Below are positions 1 through 13,270 of a stretch of 55,628 bases of DNA, piece by piece. Position 1 is the first letter of the stretch. Every line of letters begins with the position of its first letter. The translations under genes and the position numbers were made by a program. The notes below the pieces were generated by a model. It made no database searches and was not told the origin of the DNA. It saw only the letters and a list, made by a program, of their open reading frames with translations. This DNA comes from Octopus sinensis (lineage: Eukaryota), in the NCBI RefSeq assembly GCF_006345805.1, contig NW_021833699.1:1-55628 (forward strand), written 5' to 3'.

Positions 1-166
1 TTGAAGAAGAAGGTGAAGAAGAAGAAAAAGGAGGAGGAGGAGGGGGACAGGGAAAGATATAATTACAAACGAAAATACAAAAGAAAAAAGTGGAAAAAAT
101 ATAGAAAAAATGCAAAAAAATGACTGAACATAGAATGAGGAAAGAAGGTGAGGAGAAAGACTTTCT

Positions 167-392
167 TTCCGTAGTATCACTTCCGTAGTATCACTTTCGT
201 AGTATCACTTCCGTAGTATCACTTTCGTAGTATCACTTCCGTAGTATCACTTCCGTAGTATCACTTTCGTAGTATCACTTTCGTAGTATCACTTCCGTAG
301 TATCACTTTCGTAGTATCACTTCCGTAGTATCACTTCCGTAGTATCACTTTCGTAGTATCACTTTCGTAGTATCACTTGTGATACTACGAAA
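167..392. repeat. 14-bp minisatellite (TTYCGTAGTATCAC x15) followed by one inverted copy
   Basis: Exact 14-bp period from 167 to 376 with a single C/T variable site; 379-392 GTGATACTACGAAA is the reverse complement of 363-376. Confidence 0.95.
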
Positions 393-558
393 TCTCCGAA
401 AGAGAATTTTGAAACAATTATTATTGTTGTTATTATCCTCACTACGACCAAATTTAAACGCAAGCGCCGGGTTGATTACATTCTTAAAGTTTTTGTCTTA
501 GAATCGCCCAATGACTTACACTAGTAATAGAACGAAATAGAACGAAAAGGACAGACAC

Positions 559-561
559 ACG

Positions 562-612
<51 letters not shown>
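559..612. repeat. (CA)n microsatellite
   Basis: Direct reading. Confidence 0.95.
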
Positions 613-617
<5 letters not shown>

Positions 618-822
618 CACAAATAAACATACAAACAGAGTAAAGAGTATATATATACACACATATATATATATCATATAGGTATAGATACATACATACA
701 TAAATACACGCACACACACATATATAATACAGAGTGATATTGCTTTACAAATCCAAGCAGATACTTTTTAAACACTCAGTAGCTATGCAAACTTGGCTAA
801 CCAGAACGGGTTCTGTCAGAGG

Positions 823-954
823 TTTAATTTATCGACCCCGAAAGGATGAAAGGCAAAGTCGACCTCGGCGGAATTTGAACTCACAACGTAACCGCAGACG
901 AAATACATCTACGCATTTCGCCCGGCGTGCTAACGTTTCTGCCAGCTCGCCGCC
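823..954 (-). mobile_element. SINE family A, head and core only (3' truncated)
   Basis: Reverse complement of GGCGGCGAGCTGGCAGAAACGTTAGC...GAGTTCAAATTCC (tRNA A/B-box-like)...GTCGACTTTGCCTTTCATCCTTTCGGGGTCGATAAA; near-identical to copies at 8576, 18621, 37150 and 38097. Confidence 0.9.
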
Positions 955-1455
955 TTTTCTGCCATTTATATATTACCAGTTAATCAACAGAAGACAAGCT
1001 GCTCTATCAGTGTGTAACAATGCCCAGATCACACTGAAGTTTCTATATACTTATAAATGGAGTCAGACGTAATGGTAAGCTCAGCTTTCTGAGCTGTTTC
1101 TGACAATTTTCTGGCAACATCTTTTTTTCCTTCGCATCTAGTCCAAGGTTTCTAAGCATCGAGTGAACCCTGGTTCCAGCAAATCCTTTAGATGTTTACT
1201 ACTAGGAGAATACATAAAACAGTGTGATAACACCATCACCACCACTACCACTACAGTCTCCTCCACCATCACAACAACAACAACAACAACAATAATTGTT
1301 TCAAATTTTGGCACAAGACCAGCACATTTAGATGTAGGGTCGATGGTGTGATAACGCTGCAAGAGAAGACAAACAATGATTAATTTTGATCTCCCATTTG
1401 AAGTTTGACAGAGACGAGGAAAATAGATTACATATCGATTATGTATCGTTAAAAT

Positions 1456-1654
1456 ATTGGTTTCAAATTTAGGCACAAGGCCAGTAATTTTCGGGAAGGG
1501 GTAGGCCGATTACATCGACCCCAGTGCTCAAACGGTACTTATTTTATCGATCCAAACTGATAAAATGCAAAGTCGACCCCGGCGGAATTTGAACTCAGAC
1601 GAAATACTGTTGAGCATTTGGCTGGCGTGCTAACGATTCTGCCAGCTCACCGCC
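1456..1654 (-). mobile_element. SINE family A, alternative tail (A2)
   Basis: Same head and core as family A; tail reads GGCCTTGTGCCTAAATTTGAAACC on the minus strand; imperfect flanking duplication TATCGTTAAAATATT / TATCAGTAAAATATT. Confidence 0.85.
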
Positions 1655-1917
1655 TTATATATCAGTAAAATATTAATCATAAGAAATGAAACAATATCAG
1701 AGCAATATTAGAAGGTACTAAAAGTGGTATTATTTTAAATATAACTAAATATATAATAAACAAGACTTTTGGTGCCAAACTGTACTTTCTAAGTAACACA
1801 ATAAATTACAAATTAGGAAACTGGGATAAAAACATCTTTAATTGTTTAAGAAAAAGAGTAAAACTTCGTCGTGGAGGAAAATATGTGACTGAAAGAAAGT
1901 TAGGTGTTATCCTCATC

Positions 1918-1989
1918 ATGACGATGGTGATGATGTTGATGATGGTGACCGAAAGAAAACGTTGATGAACATCATGATGATGGTGGTGG

Positions 1990-2027
<38 letters not shown>

Positions 2028-2040
2028 TTGTTGTTGTTAT
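1918..2040. repeat. (GAT)n/(GTT)n microsatellite
   Basis: Direct reading. Confidence 0.9.
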
Positions 2041-3179
2041 CCTTCTTACGCTCGCGCGCGATCGGACACCTTCGCACACATACTCTTCGCATTCAGAGTT
2101 GGTTGCAGCTTCACAACTCCTGCTAGGCACCAGTTTACTTCCTCACGAAGCAAAGAAAATTTTAATAAACCAGGTATTTACTCCATACATACATATTCTT
2201 GTTTGTATGTAAATATGCATGTATGTGTGTTTGTATATGTATACATATGCATGTATATATACATACAAAATATATACGTACAAAATAGTCTAACTTGGAC
2301 TACTAACCAGGACATTGGTTCTCAGTTTGTGGCTCATAATATTGAAGTAAAAAAGCAGGAAATCGTCACAAATAATCTGATTTACAAACAGGAGAAGGAT
2401 ACAGAAAAGCTACAAACTAAATAAATGCCTCAACCGATGCAGGCTTCGTGGAATTAACCAGGTCACAAGTAGCTGCCGGAAAATGTCTTCAAGGCATCAT
2501 AGCTAGAGCACTATTTGATGAAATCTGTGGAAAGGATAATCCCGAGAGTACCAACATATGAAGTGGCAGTGATTTAGAGGGTATAAATCCACATTACAAA
2601 GAAAACTTGTGAAATTTTTCTTTAATAAAATGCAAGTATAACAGAGCAAAGATAATGATCTGGGTTTAGGAAAAGAAATTATGAACAGTAGTTGGAGTAA
2701 TTTGTCCAGAAGATATCAACTCAATGTTAAAGGTTAATGAAGAAACGAACCTCTGCCGAAGTGATGAGAAATTAGCAGGTACTTCATCCAGATTACATCC
2801 AGATTTAGATTTCTATCAATATTTATCGAACCAGATGGCTACGTGTCTAACTGTTACAGTACTAACCTTGAGAAGGTGAGATTCACAAAAACCAGAAAGA
2901 ACCCTCCTAATCAGATTACAAATAGAAACTGTCAATGGTGCTGTGAAAATATGAAGTTCAGCATCAAATAGGATCCACACAGGCAACGCCATCGATGCTT
3001 GCATACATGTGGCTATACATGTATCTATAGATGTACATGCATGCATACGTACAAGCGTACATCCATATAGACATACAAGAATAACCTGTTTGATGCCGGC
3101 TAAATTCCAGTGATAGTCTTGTTTCTCGGCTAGAAACCGGCTCTTTGTCTATTGTTGAGAAATTCTAAAAATAAGACAA

Positions 3180-3377
3180 CATACATACATATATACTTGC
3201 ATGCATACATACATACATACATACATACATACATACATACATACATACATACATACATACATACACATACATACATACATATATACCTACATACACACAT
3301 ACATACATACATGCATGCATACATATATACGTACGTACGTACATGCATACATATTTAATATATACATAGATATACAC

Positions 3378-3470
<93 letters not shown>

Positions 3471-3490
3471 CCATTCTACCTATCTATAGA
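3180..3490. repeat. compound (CATA)n + (TATC)n microsatellite
   Basis: Direct reading. Confidence 0.95.
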
Positions 3491-4397
3491 TACGTAAATA
3501 CGTACGAGTGCGCACGCGCGCGTCTTTTATACTTAGAAGCGATGCGCATTACCAGAATTTCCATCACAAGTTGAATAGAACAAACCAGTCCAAATCCTTG
3601 TTATCGTAACCATCCGAATGGAGTTAGGACTGGCTCGCTTGTACTGGCATAGAGTTGTATATTGTATGATAATGAAGTCAAACTGAATGATGATATTTTG
3701 AGTACCTTTAATATGCATGTTTCAGATAATTGCGCAATAGGTAAAAAGGGAATTTCATCACTTACGCCATATTTTCATCCGTACATATCAAAATATTTTG
3801 ATATCTTAAGACATATGCCAGTTAAGATTTATTTTCTATGTCTTAACTGATGAATATTTTGCGTAAGAGATGAAATTCCATTTTTTTTATTTATTGTGAA
3901 ATTACCTGAAACCTAAGTATCAGATGCGTTCAATATATTATTTCTTTGTTTGCCTTCATTATTACGCAAAAATCAAAATATACATATACACACGCTTGAT
4001 AATGAATGGGAAACGAACTGATCACCGTACAGTTATTAAATACAAGTGGAAGTTAATGGTTCGTACTGTGAATACTTTTGGGCTCAGGATAACAGAGATA
4101 TGAAAATATCCCCAGCCTGTGGTATATAATGAATGAAAGAGCATCTATGGTGTCACATGAGTTGCTAGAACCAGTAGTCAAACCTCACTCAATTCACATT
4201 GTACCGTATTAAGTAAAGGTATCAACATCTCAATATAGTCTCTGATGTAGAAAAAAGAAAGGTTGGTTATGTTGGGAATGCCTGTGACCAGATGCCCGTT
4301 TAATCAGCGCCGTTCTGTAATTAATACGTCTCCTCACCATCGTTGTCATCATTGCTGTAGTCATTGTCATCATCTTCATAAAAAAATAATAATAAAT

Positions 4398-4638
4398 GCG
4401 CCCTTTTTAAAGTCTAGCCAGGCTCATGGGCCCGGTTTCCCGGTTTCAATGGCGTATGTGTTCCCCAGCTGGACGGGACGCCAGTCCATCGCAGCGTTAC
4501 TCATTTTTGCCAGCTGAGTGGTCTGGAGCAACGTGAAATGAAGTGTTTTGCTCAAGAACACAACGCGTCGCCTGGTCCAGGAATCGAAACCACAATCTTA
4601 CGATCATGGTGCTGACGCCCTAACCACTAAGCCACGCG
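4398..4638 (-). mobile_element. SINE family C (tRNA head), full length
   Basis: Minus strand GCGTGGCTTAGTGGTTAGGG...GGTTTCGATTCC (A/B boxes)...TTCTTGAGCAAAACACTT...GATGGACTGGCGTCCCGTCCAG; flanking direct repeat CATCATCTTCATAA at 4368 and 4646; sister copy at 39713-39938. Confidence 0.88.
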
Positions 4639-5238
4639 TATCAACCATCATCTTCATAATCGACAATAACATAAGAAACATCATCAGGTAGGAAGTAAAA
4701 CCACTTCACCTTTAGTCATAAACGATTTGTTTTTGAGTGACAATGATGAAAGCGAAAATCAGGGGAAAATAACGGAAAATATGGCGGAAAAGCTCCAGAC
4801 GTATTTCGAGACACATAACAAGTCGTTTTTTTTCTTAATTCGGCCATTGTGACATTTTAAATAAAAGTATTTGTCCACTCTTGATCGACTTCCTTATATT
4901 GTGACCACACCCCTAGGTTCAATTTAATTATACAAGCATATTATTCAAAGAATCGACGTTTCAGTTATCGTCTGTTTTTATGAATTCCTGTTTAATGCTT
5001 TATAATATCAGTCTTTAGACGAAAGTACAAATGAATAGATCAAAAGAAATGTAAAAAAGTATAAAAAAATCAAAAACATAAAAATGAAAATTTATTTAAA
5101 AAGTACCATTTTTCTTCAGTTACGCTTAGTTTTTCCGTCTTTGTCATTTCTTTTATAGCAAAATAGTTCGTGATATCAAAGTTTGAGTTCGTCTCACGAT
5201 TCTTATAGAAGCCATATTGTTAAAACTACTGAAAACTC

Positions 5239-5663
<425 letters not shown>

Positions 5664-6149
5664 CGTGTATGTGTGTGTATTTACATACATGCTTACATAT
5701 ACAGGCGTATGTGTCTGTATATATTTTATTTTAAAATGATTAGCATAAAAGTAGATCAACATAAGTGAACAACCTTAAATGTAAATTATTCGAAATATTT
5801 CGGATGCAGTCTCTTTTATCGGGAGGGATCTCAATCAATATATTAGAAAGGGGAAACAAGCTACTTCATTTATTTCACTGAGTCCTATAGAATGAGTTGG
5901 ATGATCGAGGAATTTCACTCTAAGATAACATGCTAACCTAGCACCATCAACTTAACCAGGAATCCCAGATGCCAGACATAGGTACCTGATCTGTTTTGAT
6001 CTAGCACATCAATGACTGAAAAAATTCAATGAGAGAAACCTTTTTTCATGTAGATAAGGCTCCCATTGTTCAATTAGTCTTTCCTGGCAACATGCATACA
6101 TAACTAAGTACTGGAGATTAAAGCCATTCGGTCAAAAAACTATTGTCAT

Positions 6150-7383
6150 CATTGTAAAAGTAAACAATGTTTCAAACCATGAAGAATTTTTACCGGATTT
6201 TTCCAGAGTTTTGAATTTTTTAAACATATTTTTGAAATTATCTGAAAATACAGACATAGACTTGACCAAATACATCAATAAATTAACTTAGATTTTTTTT
6301 CACCGTTGTTACAATAAGCTGAAATGAAACTGTCAAAGCGCGATATTGGAGCAATTTTGCTATTTAACTTCAAAAAAGGACGTAAAGCAGCTGAAAGGTT
6401 CGGTGAGGAAATGACCAGTGAGTGGTCAGCTCGAAAATGGTTTAAACGAGTTCGCAGTGGAGAACTGAACCTTGAAGATGGTGAACATAGTGAACACTAA
6501 TCTGCCATCCATGACGGTCAATTAAAGACCATCATTGAGAAAGATTCATGTAAAACCACTCGAGAACTGGCAAAAGAACTTCGAGTTAGCCAGAAAACTG
6601 CCAGCAACTATTTGCATGCGATCGGAAAATCAAAAAAGCTCGACAAATGGATGCCACACGATTTAAATGACAGTCAGAAAATGCACAGATATGAAATTTG
6701 CTCGTCGCTTATTCTCCTTAACCAGACCGATCCATTTCTCGACCGCGTTGTAACTTGCGATGAAAAGTGGATTCTGTACAATAACAAAAACGTTCTTCGC
6801 AGTGGTTGAACCAAAATAAAGCACCGAAAACCTTCCCTAAACCCGAGCTCTTCAACAAAAAGGTTATGGTGACTGTTGGTGGTGTACTGCTGGACTCATC
6901 CACTATAACTTCTTAAAACCTGGAAATATATTGCTAAAGATTTGCCAAAATGAACGAAAACCTACTACTCTTCCGTCCCAGCCTAGTCAACAGAAGAGGG
7001 CCAATCATTCTTCATGACACATTCTCGGCCACACGATTCACTAATGACGCTCCAGAAGTAGAGAGAACTTGGCTCGAAGTTCTTCCACACCAGTTTATTC
7101 CCCAGACCTTTCTCCTACTGACTGCCACCTTTTCAAGCACCTTGATGGTTTCCTGCGAGAGGAGTTTAAAAATCAAACCGACGCTGAAAGTGCGTTCGAA
7201 AAGTTCATCAGCTCCAGAAATCCAGATTTTTATGTTACCGAATAAACAAACTTGTAACTCAATGGCAAAAATGTGTTGATTGTAAAGGTACTTACTTTGA
7301 TGAATAAAATTTCTGCATTGTTGAAATATATTGTGATGAATTTCATGTTTCAAAACGTTGCTTACTTTTCACTCAGCCTCATA
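6150..7383 (+). mobile_element. mariner transposon, Hsmar1/cecropia-like, decayed
   Basis: Right end AAAACGTTGCTTACTTTTCACTCAGCCTCATA resembles an Hsmar1-type TIR; degenerate inverted match AAAAGTAAACAATGTTTCAAACCATGAA near 6156-6183; ~1.2 kb; contains transposase remnants. Confidence 0.9.
6324..7307 (+). pseudogene. mariner DD34D-type transposase pseudogene
   Basis: MKLSKRDIGAILLFNFKKGRKAAE start, WMPHDL (WVPHEL motif), FLDRVVTCDEKWILYNN, YSPDLSPTD and terminal QWQKCVDCKGTYFDE*; several stops and frameshifts. Confidence 0.92.
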
Positions 7384-7461
7384 AATAAATAGACTCGGTT
7401 TAATACGGGTAACAACATGCAGCCAAAACCAGACTAACTAAATATCAAGTGTTGACCAGTT

Positions 7462-7760
7462 TCCACGCCATGCCACCCTTACTGAAATCCTAAAAGCCTA
7501 GACACCGCAGGCTTCCCTTCCCAGCTTGAGCCAATGCCTTTTCCATTTTGTCTGCTGGGACCGTGAGGTGATCTGAATTACAGGAAATCGAGTGAATGTA
7601 AGAATTTCGTAGCTTGCTACACAAACAATATTATTTGTCTCCTTTATAGAATGGTTATTTCATAACTCATCTAACAGTTCTAAAATGGTGACCATCGACT
7701 TTCATTTCAGCAAATCGACGACCAGTCCACTCGAAATGGCAGCCAATCAAGCAACATCGG
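7462..7760 (+). mobile_element. possible CRE-clade (RLE) LINE 3' fragment
   Basis: Across a frameshift reads PRHATLTEILK..LDTAGFPSQLEP..CWD, resembling the RHxxLNxIxxRALxxAGxPSxLEP...WD region of CRE-type elements (recognised from memory). Confidence 0.45.
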
Positions 7761-7799
7761 TAACCCAACCTCTATCATGGAACTACAAGCCTCATTTAA

Positions 7800-9455
7800 G
7801 GGAGCCGGGTCCACCTAAGTTATGACTCCTAGGTGTCCTGCTGCTGTTTTTGACATGCCACCTTTAGTGGAGGTTGAACTTGCAACCTTCGGGTAACGTT
7901 GTTATTGTGAATTGTGGAGTATATCGCTAGACCATGATTACCACTGCAAGTGGTTATTCAACTTCTAAAAGAAGCAAAGCCGACACTAACTACCACTACA
8001 AAATCCAACAGCGATAGTGTCGCTCAAATCAATTAATGGCCGACGATCATATAAATATTGTAATTTACAATTTGTCATGGCTTGTATAAAGCACACCGCT
8101 CAATCCACCACTGCAATTAGCACCCCCGACGCCGACACCACTACGACAACGGGTTACTTCAGTCACAAACAGCTGAACTCCGACGCCGACATCGACGCGA
8201 TATTTCCTTACCAACCGACTATACTGCTAGAACTGGCAGTTAACATGGACCGGGAAATAACGACTAGTCTGTTAGAAATAGCAGCCAATTCGAAACAGAC
8301 AGCCGAACTTTGCGGTCCACTTGGTGGCCGCCGACACAAACGACGAAAATAAAACCGAACAACTGTTTCGCACACATGAGGTCACATGAGGTCCATATTT
8401 CTATTTTCTTGACTCGCAGTACCATTAATTTAGTACAGTCACACATAATCTAGTTCTATTTTCTTTTTTTTTTTGTTGTTATTTTTTAAAGAAAAGAGAA
8501 GAATAATGCATAAACTGCAAATTTCATTTGTTTTCATGCTGACATATTTTATATTCTTGCAACAGATATGTCCAAAGGCGGCGAGCTGGCAGAAAAGGCG
8601 GCGAGCTGGCAGAAACGTTAGCACGCCGGATGAAATGCTTAGCGGTATTTCGTCTGTCGTTACGTTGTGAGTTCAAATTCCGCCGAGGTTGACTTTGCCT
8701 TTCATCCTTTCGGGGTCGATAAATTAAGTACCAGTTCCGCACTGGGGTCGATGTAATCGACTTAATACCTATGTATGTCCTTGTTTGTCCCGTCTATGTT
8801 TAGCCCCTTGTGGGTAATAAAGAAATAGATATGTCCAAAGTTAAAGCACTCATTTTCTACAAACCTCAAGCTCAGACACAGGACATTCTTAATTATTGTC
8901 TCTTGCCTCATACGAAGATGTTGCAATCTAATTACTGGCCATCATACATAACTTACTACTGGTGATTAAAGCGATAGAGTCGTGTTGTCTTCACAACGAC
9001 AGGCATATAACATTGTGCCTCATTATTCCACGGCGGTTATACACTATTCATGCCGCTCGCTATTCTCTGGCAGTGGAAGTGCACAAGGGATTGTTGCAGC
9101 TTAAATAGCTAAACTACGTGGCCAGTTCGGAATCTAAGGTCGCCAAAGAACAGCAGCGAAGATGAAATGCCTTGTCAAACCCAATTGTAGAGCTCACTGT
9201 GACCATGGGCAAAGAGAATTGTAATTTGGAGCTGAAAAGGAATATTGTAAGCTGCTAAATATAATCGGAGGGAAACCCAGTTTGAAACAGATCCAGTACG
9301 GATACTTGCAGTGGCAATCATGGTCGAGCGATATACTCCACAGTTCACGATAACAACGTCATCCGATATTTCCAAGTTCAAACTCTACTAAAGGTGACAT
9401 TTCAAAAACAGCAGCAGGATACCTAGGAGTCGTAACTTAGGTGGACCCGGTTCCC
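7800..9455. mobile_element. non-autonomous DNA transposon with 152-bp TIRs and TTAA target duplication (Kolobok-like)
   Basis: 7800-7951 and 9304-9455 are diverged inverted repeats; TTAA at 7796-7799 and 9456-9459; termini GGGAGCCGGGTCCACCTAAG / CTTAGGTGGACCCGGTTCCC. Confidence 0.8.
8576..8828 (+). mobile_element. SINE family A, full length, nested in the TIR element
   Basis: Complete head, core and tail; 14-bp TSD AGATATGTCCAAAG at 8564-8577 and 8827-8840; first ~20 nt of the head tandemly duplicated. Confidence 0.93.
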
Positions 9456-9805
9456 TTAAAGTGTCAGGAACTAACGGGCAGAAACAGTTGCTTGAGGGAA
9501 GATTTCACCCGCTGCCCGCTCGCCGGCGAATTTCCATTTACTATGCATATATCAATTACACACACACGCACACATAGGAAGAAATGAGGACTCTATATCC
9601 ACACGTTTATTTAGATATACTTACATGCGTGCACATATACATTATATACACGCATACAGGCTTAAATATTTTTGTAACTGCAAACATTACGACCTCTACC
9701 ATTCTTACCTCGTTAATATCACGACCACCACAACCATTAACAGCTCATCGCCCCCGACACCTTCCCGCAGCTAACACTACTACAGATGACGACAGCGGCG
9801 AGGAG

Positions 9806-9965
9806 CACCACCGCCGCCATCACCACCACCATCGCCGTCACCACCACCACCATCGCCACCACCACAACCACCGCCGCCGCCACCGCCATCACCACCACCA
9901 CCACCACCACCACCTCCAATACAACCCCCGCCATCACCTCCACCACCATCACCTTCACCACCGTC
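9806..9965. repeat. (CAC/CGC/CAT)n degenerate triplet repeat
   Basis: Direct reading; source of the poly-His/Thr/Gly ORFs. Confidence 0.9.
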
Positions 9966-10283
9966 GCCTATCCTATGCCGATCAATAGTTAGTGATTCAA
10001 ATTCTAGTGTGTAGCTCAATAATTGCTCAGGTTTGCACTCCGTAACCTTTCTCTGTGTGGTATATATTTCTACAATATTTTCTATCAGCCAGCGTCAACA
10101 TAGACATACACGCGCACACAAACACACGTTCTCACACACAGCCACACACACACATACGCACACACAGCACTGACACACATTCACAGCAACCCACGCCTAG
10201 TAATAAGTACACATTTGAAACTGCAGACAATTGTACGTACATATATTCATACATTCATACATGCATAGATACGTACGTACACA

Positions 10284-10284
<1 letters not shown>

Positions 10285-10351
<67 letters not shown>

Positions 10352-10551
10352 ATATATATATATATATATACACATATATTTATGTGTATATATATATATG
10401 TATATATATGTATTTATATTTTTATATGTATATATATATATCTATATATGTGTGTGTATGTACATATATTAATATAAACGCAAATATCTATATATCCATA
10501 CATATATGTATGTGTATATGTATGTGTATGTATACATATGCATATATATTG

Positions 10552-10583
<32 letters not shown>

Positions 10584-10964
10584 CATACATATATATATAT
10601 ATATACAATTTTACATGTATATATGTATGTATGTGTACCTATGTATAAATACACAATATTTCCTTAGATAACAATTATTTAATATATATAAGTGTATATA
10701 TATATATATGTATACATGTATATCTATATTATATATATATATAAATATATATAATAAATATATACGTATATATATACACACACACATATATATATATAAT
10801 GTATGTATATATATACATATATATATGTGTATATATATATATGTATATATACATATGTATATATATATATATGTATGTATATATATATATATAAAATTCA
10901 TATATACATATATATATACATATATACATACATATATATATTAACATACACATAAATATATGTA

Positions 10965-11012
<48 letters not shown>

Positions 11013-11143
11013 TGTATATATATATATATATGTAGATTATATAATAATATACACACACAATTTTTTAGTTTTCCTAATTTTATTTTAATCATGATTCTTA
11101 TTATCATAATAATAACAATCACCATCATTATTATCATGATCCC

Positions 11144-11199
<56 letters not shown>

Positions 11200-11721
11200 C
11201 CATCATCCTCATCATCATCAACACCTTCAACATCATCATCATCATCACATCCACCGGCCTCCAATATCTCTATCATTATCATCAATATTATTTCTATATT
11301 TTGTCTCGTTGGAGAGATTTTTTTAAAAATTATTCATCATGTTTCTCAGGAACCAACATTTTGTTCATTTTTTTTTTTCGGCGCTTTCAATGCTCCTCCC
11401 ATTTTTGTCTCCATTGTGTTCACTCAAGCACACATACATGTTCACATGCATGCATGCATGTGCAATAAATACACAGATGCATACACATCCATGTATAGAT
11501 ATATAACCATATACATATACGTATGTATGTGTGTGTGTGTGTGTGTGAGAGAGAGAGGAGAGAGAGAGAGAGAGAGAGAAAAGAGTGATGACTATGAATG
11601 TATGTATAGGTGTGTACGTGTATAAATATACATATAAATAAACAATATATAGATATACATAAATATATGCATATAAATGTAGAGACGTGCGTACATACAA
11701 GTATGCATACATACATACATT

Positions 11722-11753
<32 letters not shown>

Positions 11754-11822
11754 CACATATATATATATATACATATCTGTGTGTATTTATCCGTATGTAT
11801 GTATGAATGTATATATATATTA

Positions 11823-11902
<80 letters not shown>

Positions 11903-11948
11903 GTATATATATATGTATATATATATATATATATAGTTATATTTATAT

Positions 11949-11992
<44 letters not shown>

Positions 11993-12125
11993 TATTTATA
12001 TATATATATTATATATATTATATATATATATATATGTAAGATATATATGTATATATATATATATATATAATATATATATATATATATTATATATATATAT
12101 GTATATATATATACACATATATGTG
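10285..12125. repeat. compound microsatellite field: (TA)n, (ATC)n at 11100-11285, (TG)/(GA)/(CATA)n
   Basis: Direct reading. Confidence 0.92.
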
Positions 12126-12492
12126 TGTGCGTGTGCGTGTGTGGGGACGTTTCCTTGTGTATGTATGATGATGTCTACAGACAAAATAAATCATTTCAGT
12201 ACAGCCTTAGTATGATAACACGATTATGGTGGTGATTGTGACGGCAATTGTTTGTTCATGTTGTTATTATATAATGAAGTATAACATGGAAATGTTCACA
12301 CAATTACGTACGTGCATATGTACATATATACATATTATACAATCATAGATCTATATTATGTATGTATGTATGTATATATGTGCTTATGTGTGAGTTGCTA
12401 TCTTTTTGTCTCTCTCAACCCCCCCTCTCTCTCTCTCGCTACGTACATATATGTACATACCTACATATATATGTATATATACATGCATATAT

Positions 12493-12720
12493 GGGTACAG
12501 GACATCAAAAAGGCGTTGAACACAATGAGAAACGAAAATATAAAAACGAAAACGTAGAAAACTTCTTTTCAGACTACGAAAAAAACAAAAAGAGGAACGA
12601 GACATGCAACATAAAGAATATTCCCCTTCATCAGTCGTCCCTGTTTCATCTACACCGCGTCCCGAAGGCAAGGACAATACGCAACTTCGTTGAAACAAGT
12701 CTTCCTGCAAAGCAAATGCT
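12493..12720. mobile_element. short dispersed repeat within TA arrays, possibly a Penelope-like terminal fragment
   Basis: Complex ~230-bp island between TA-rich arrays, same context as 15495-15640; class assignment by recall only. Confidence 0.3.
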
Positions 12721-12739
12721 TTTATTATATATATATTAT

Positions 12740-12787
<48 letters not shown>

Positions 12788-12812
12788 ATATATATATAAT
12801 ATATATATATAT

Positions 12813-12860
<48 letters not shown>

Positions 12861-12861
12861 A

Positions 12862-13270
12862 TGCTTTTATTGTTATGGGGCAGTGCCATTTGGTGTTGCT
12901 ACATAATTTTTGCCTCACTAATTCTTTTTAGAACTTGACATTTAGTGCGGGCGTTTGCATTTCCTTGTGTGAAGTTGGTTCATCTTGAACTCTTGATAGC
13001 AAGAGATCTAGACATCTACATTCACACCATGTAGGTCTGTCATGTCCTTGGATACAATTTATAAATCCTGGGATGGAATTTGTAAACACTTAATGCATCA
13101 CTACACGCGTTTCTACAATTCACATGTCCATATTCCTGGGATAAGTACGGTGCACTCCCGTACAGCTCGCTGCAACCCCGACTGGTTCACCACTCAGTAT
13201 CATTAGACTGTGGCCGGCATAATAGAACAGGATCTTATTTGCATATTCAAACCGTTTCCCAGAAACAAAT
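12862..13270 (-). mobile_element. decayed LINE 3' end (CR1/L2 group-like)
   Basis: Minus strand has NSIP..., DLHGVNVDV and QDEPT-like remnants, then CAAATGGCACTGCCCCA, similar to the GGCGGTGCTCCAGCA tail of SINE-B. Confidence 0.4.

Noticed and set aside
167-378. CRISPR-like array
   Set aside because: Units are directly adjacent with no spacers, the context is eukaryotic and there are no cas genes.
2240-2990. Possible old LINE remnant
   Set aside because: Coding-like texture but no motif I could read with confidence.
3533-3718. Possible exon with IWTGL (C-type-lectin-like word)
   Set aside because: Only a 5-residue resemblance; no cysteine pattern, partner exons or clear splice sites.
8017-8352. 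111-aa ORF as Kolobok transposase or accessory gene
   Set aside because: Non-ATG start and no THAP or DDE motifs.
9584-9988. His-rich protein ORF
   Set aside because: Arises from a CAC/CGC triplet repeat open in several frames on both strands.
12620-12700. Hammerhead on the minus strand (CUGAUGA present)
   Set aside because: No correctly placed stem II plus GAAA after the CUGAUGA; the alternative register is too degenerate.
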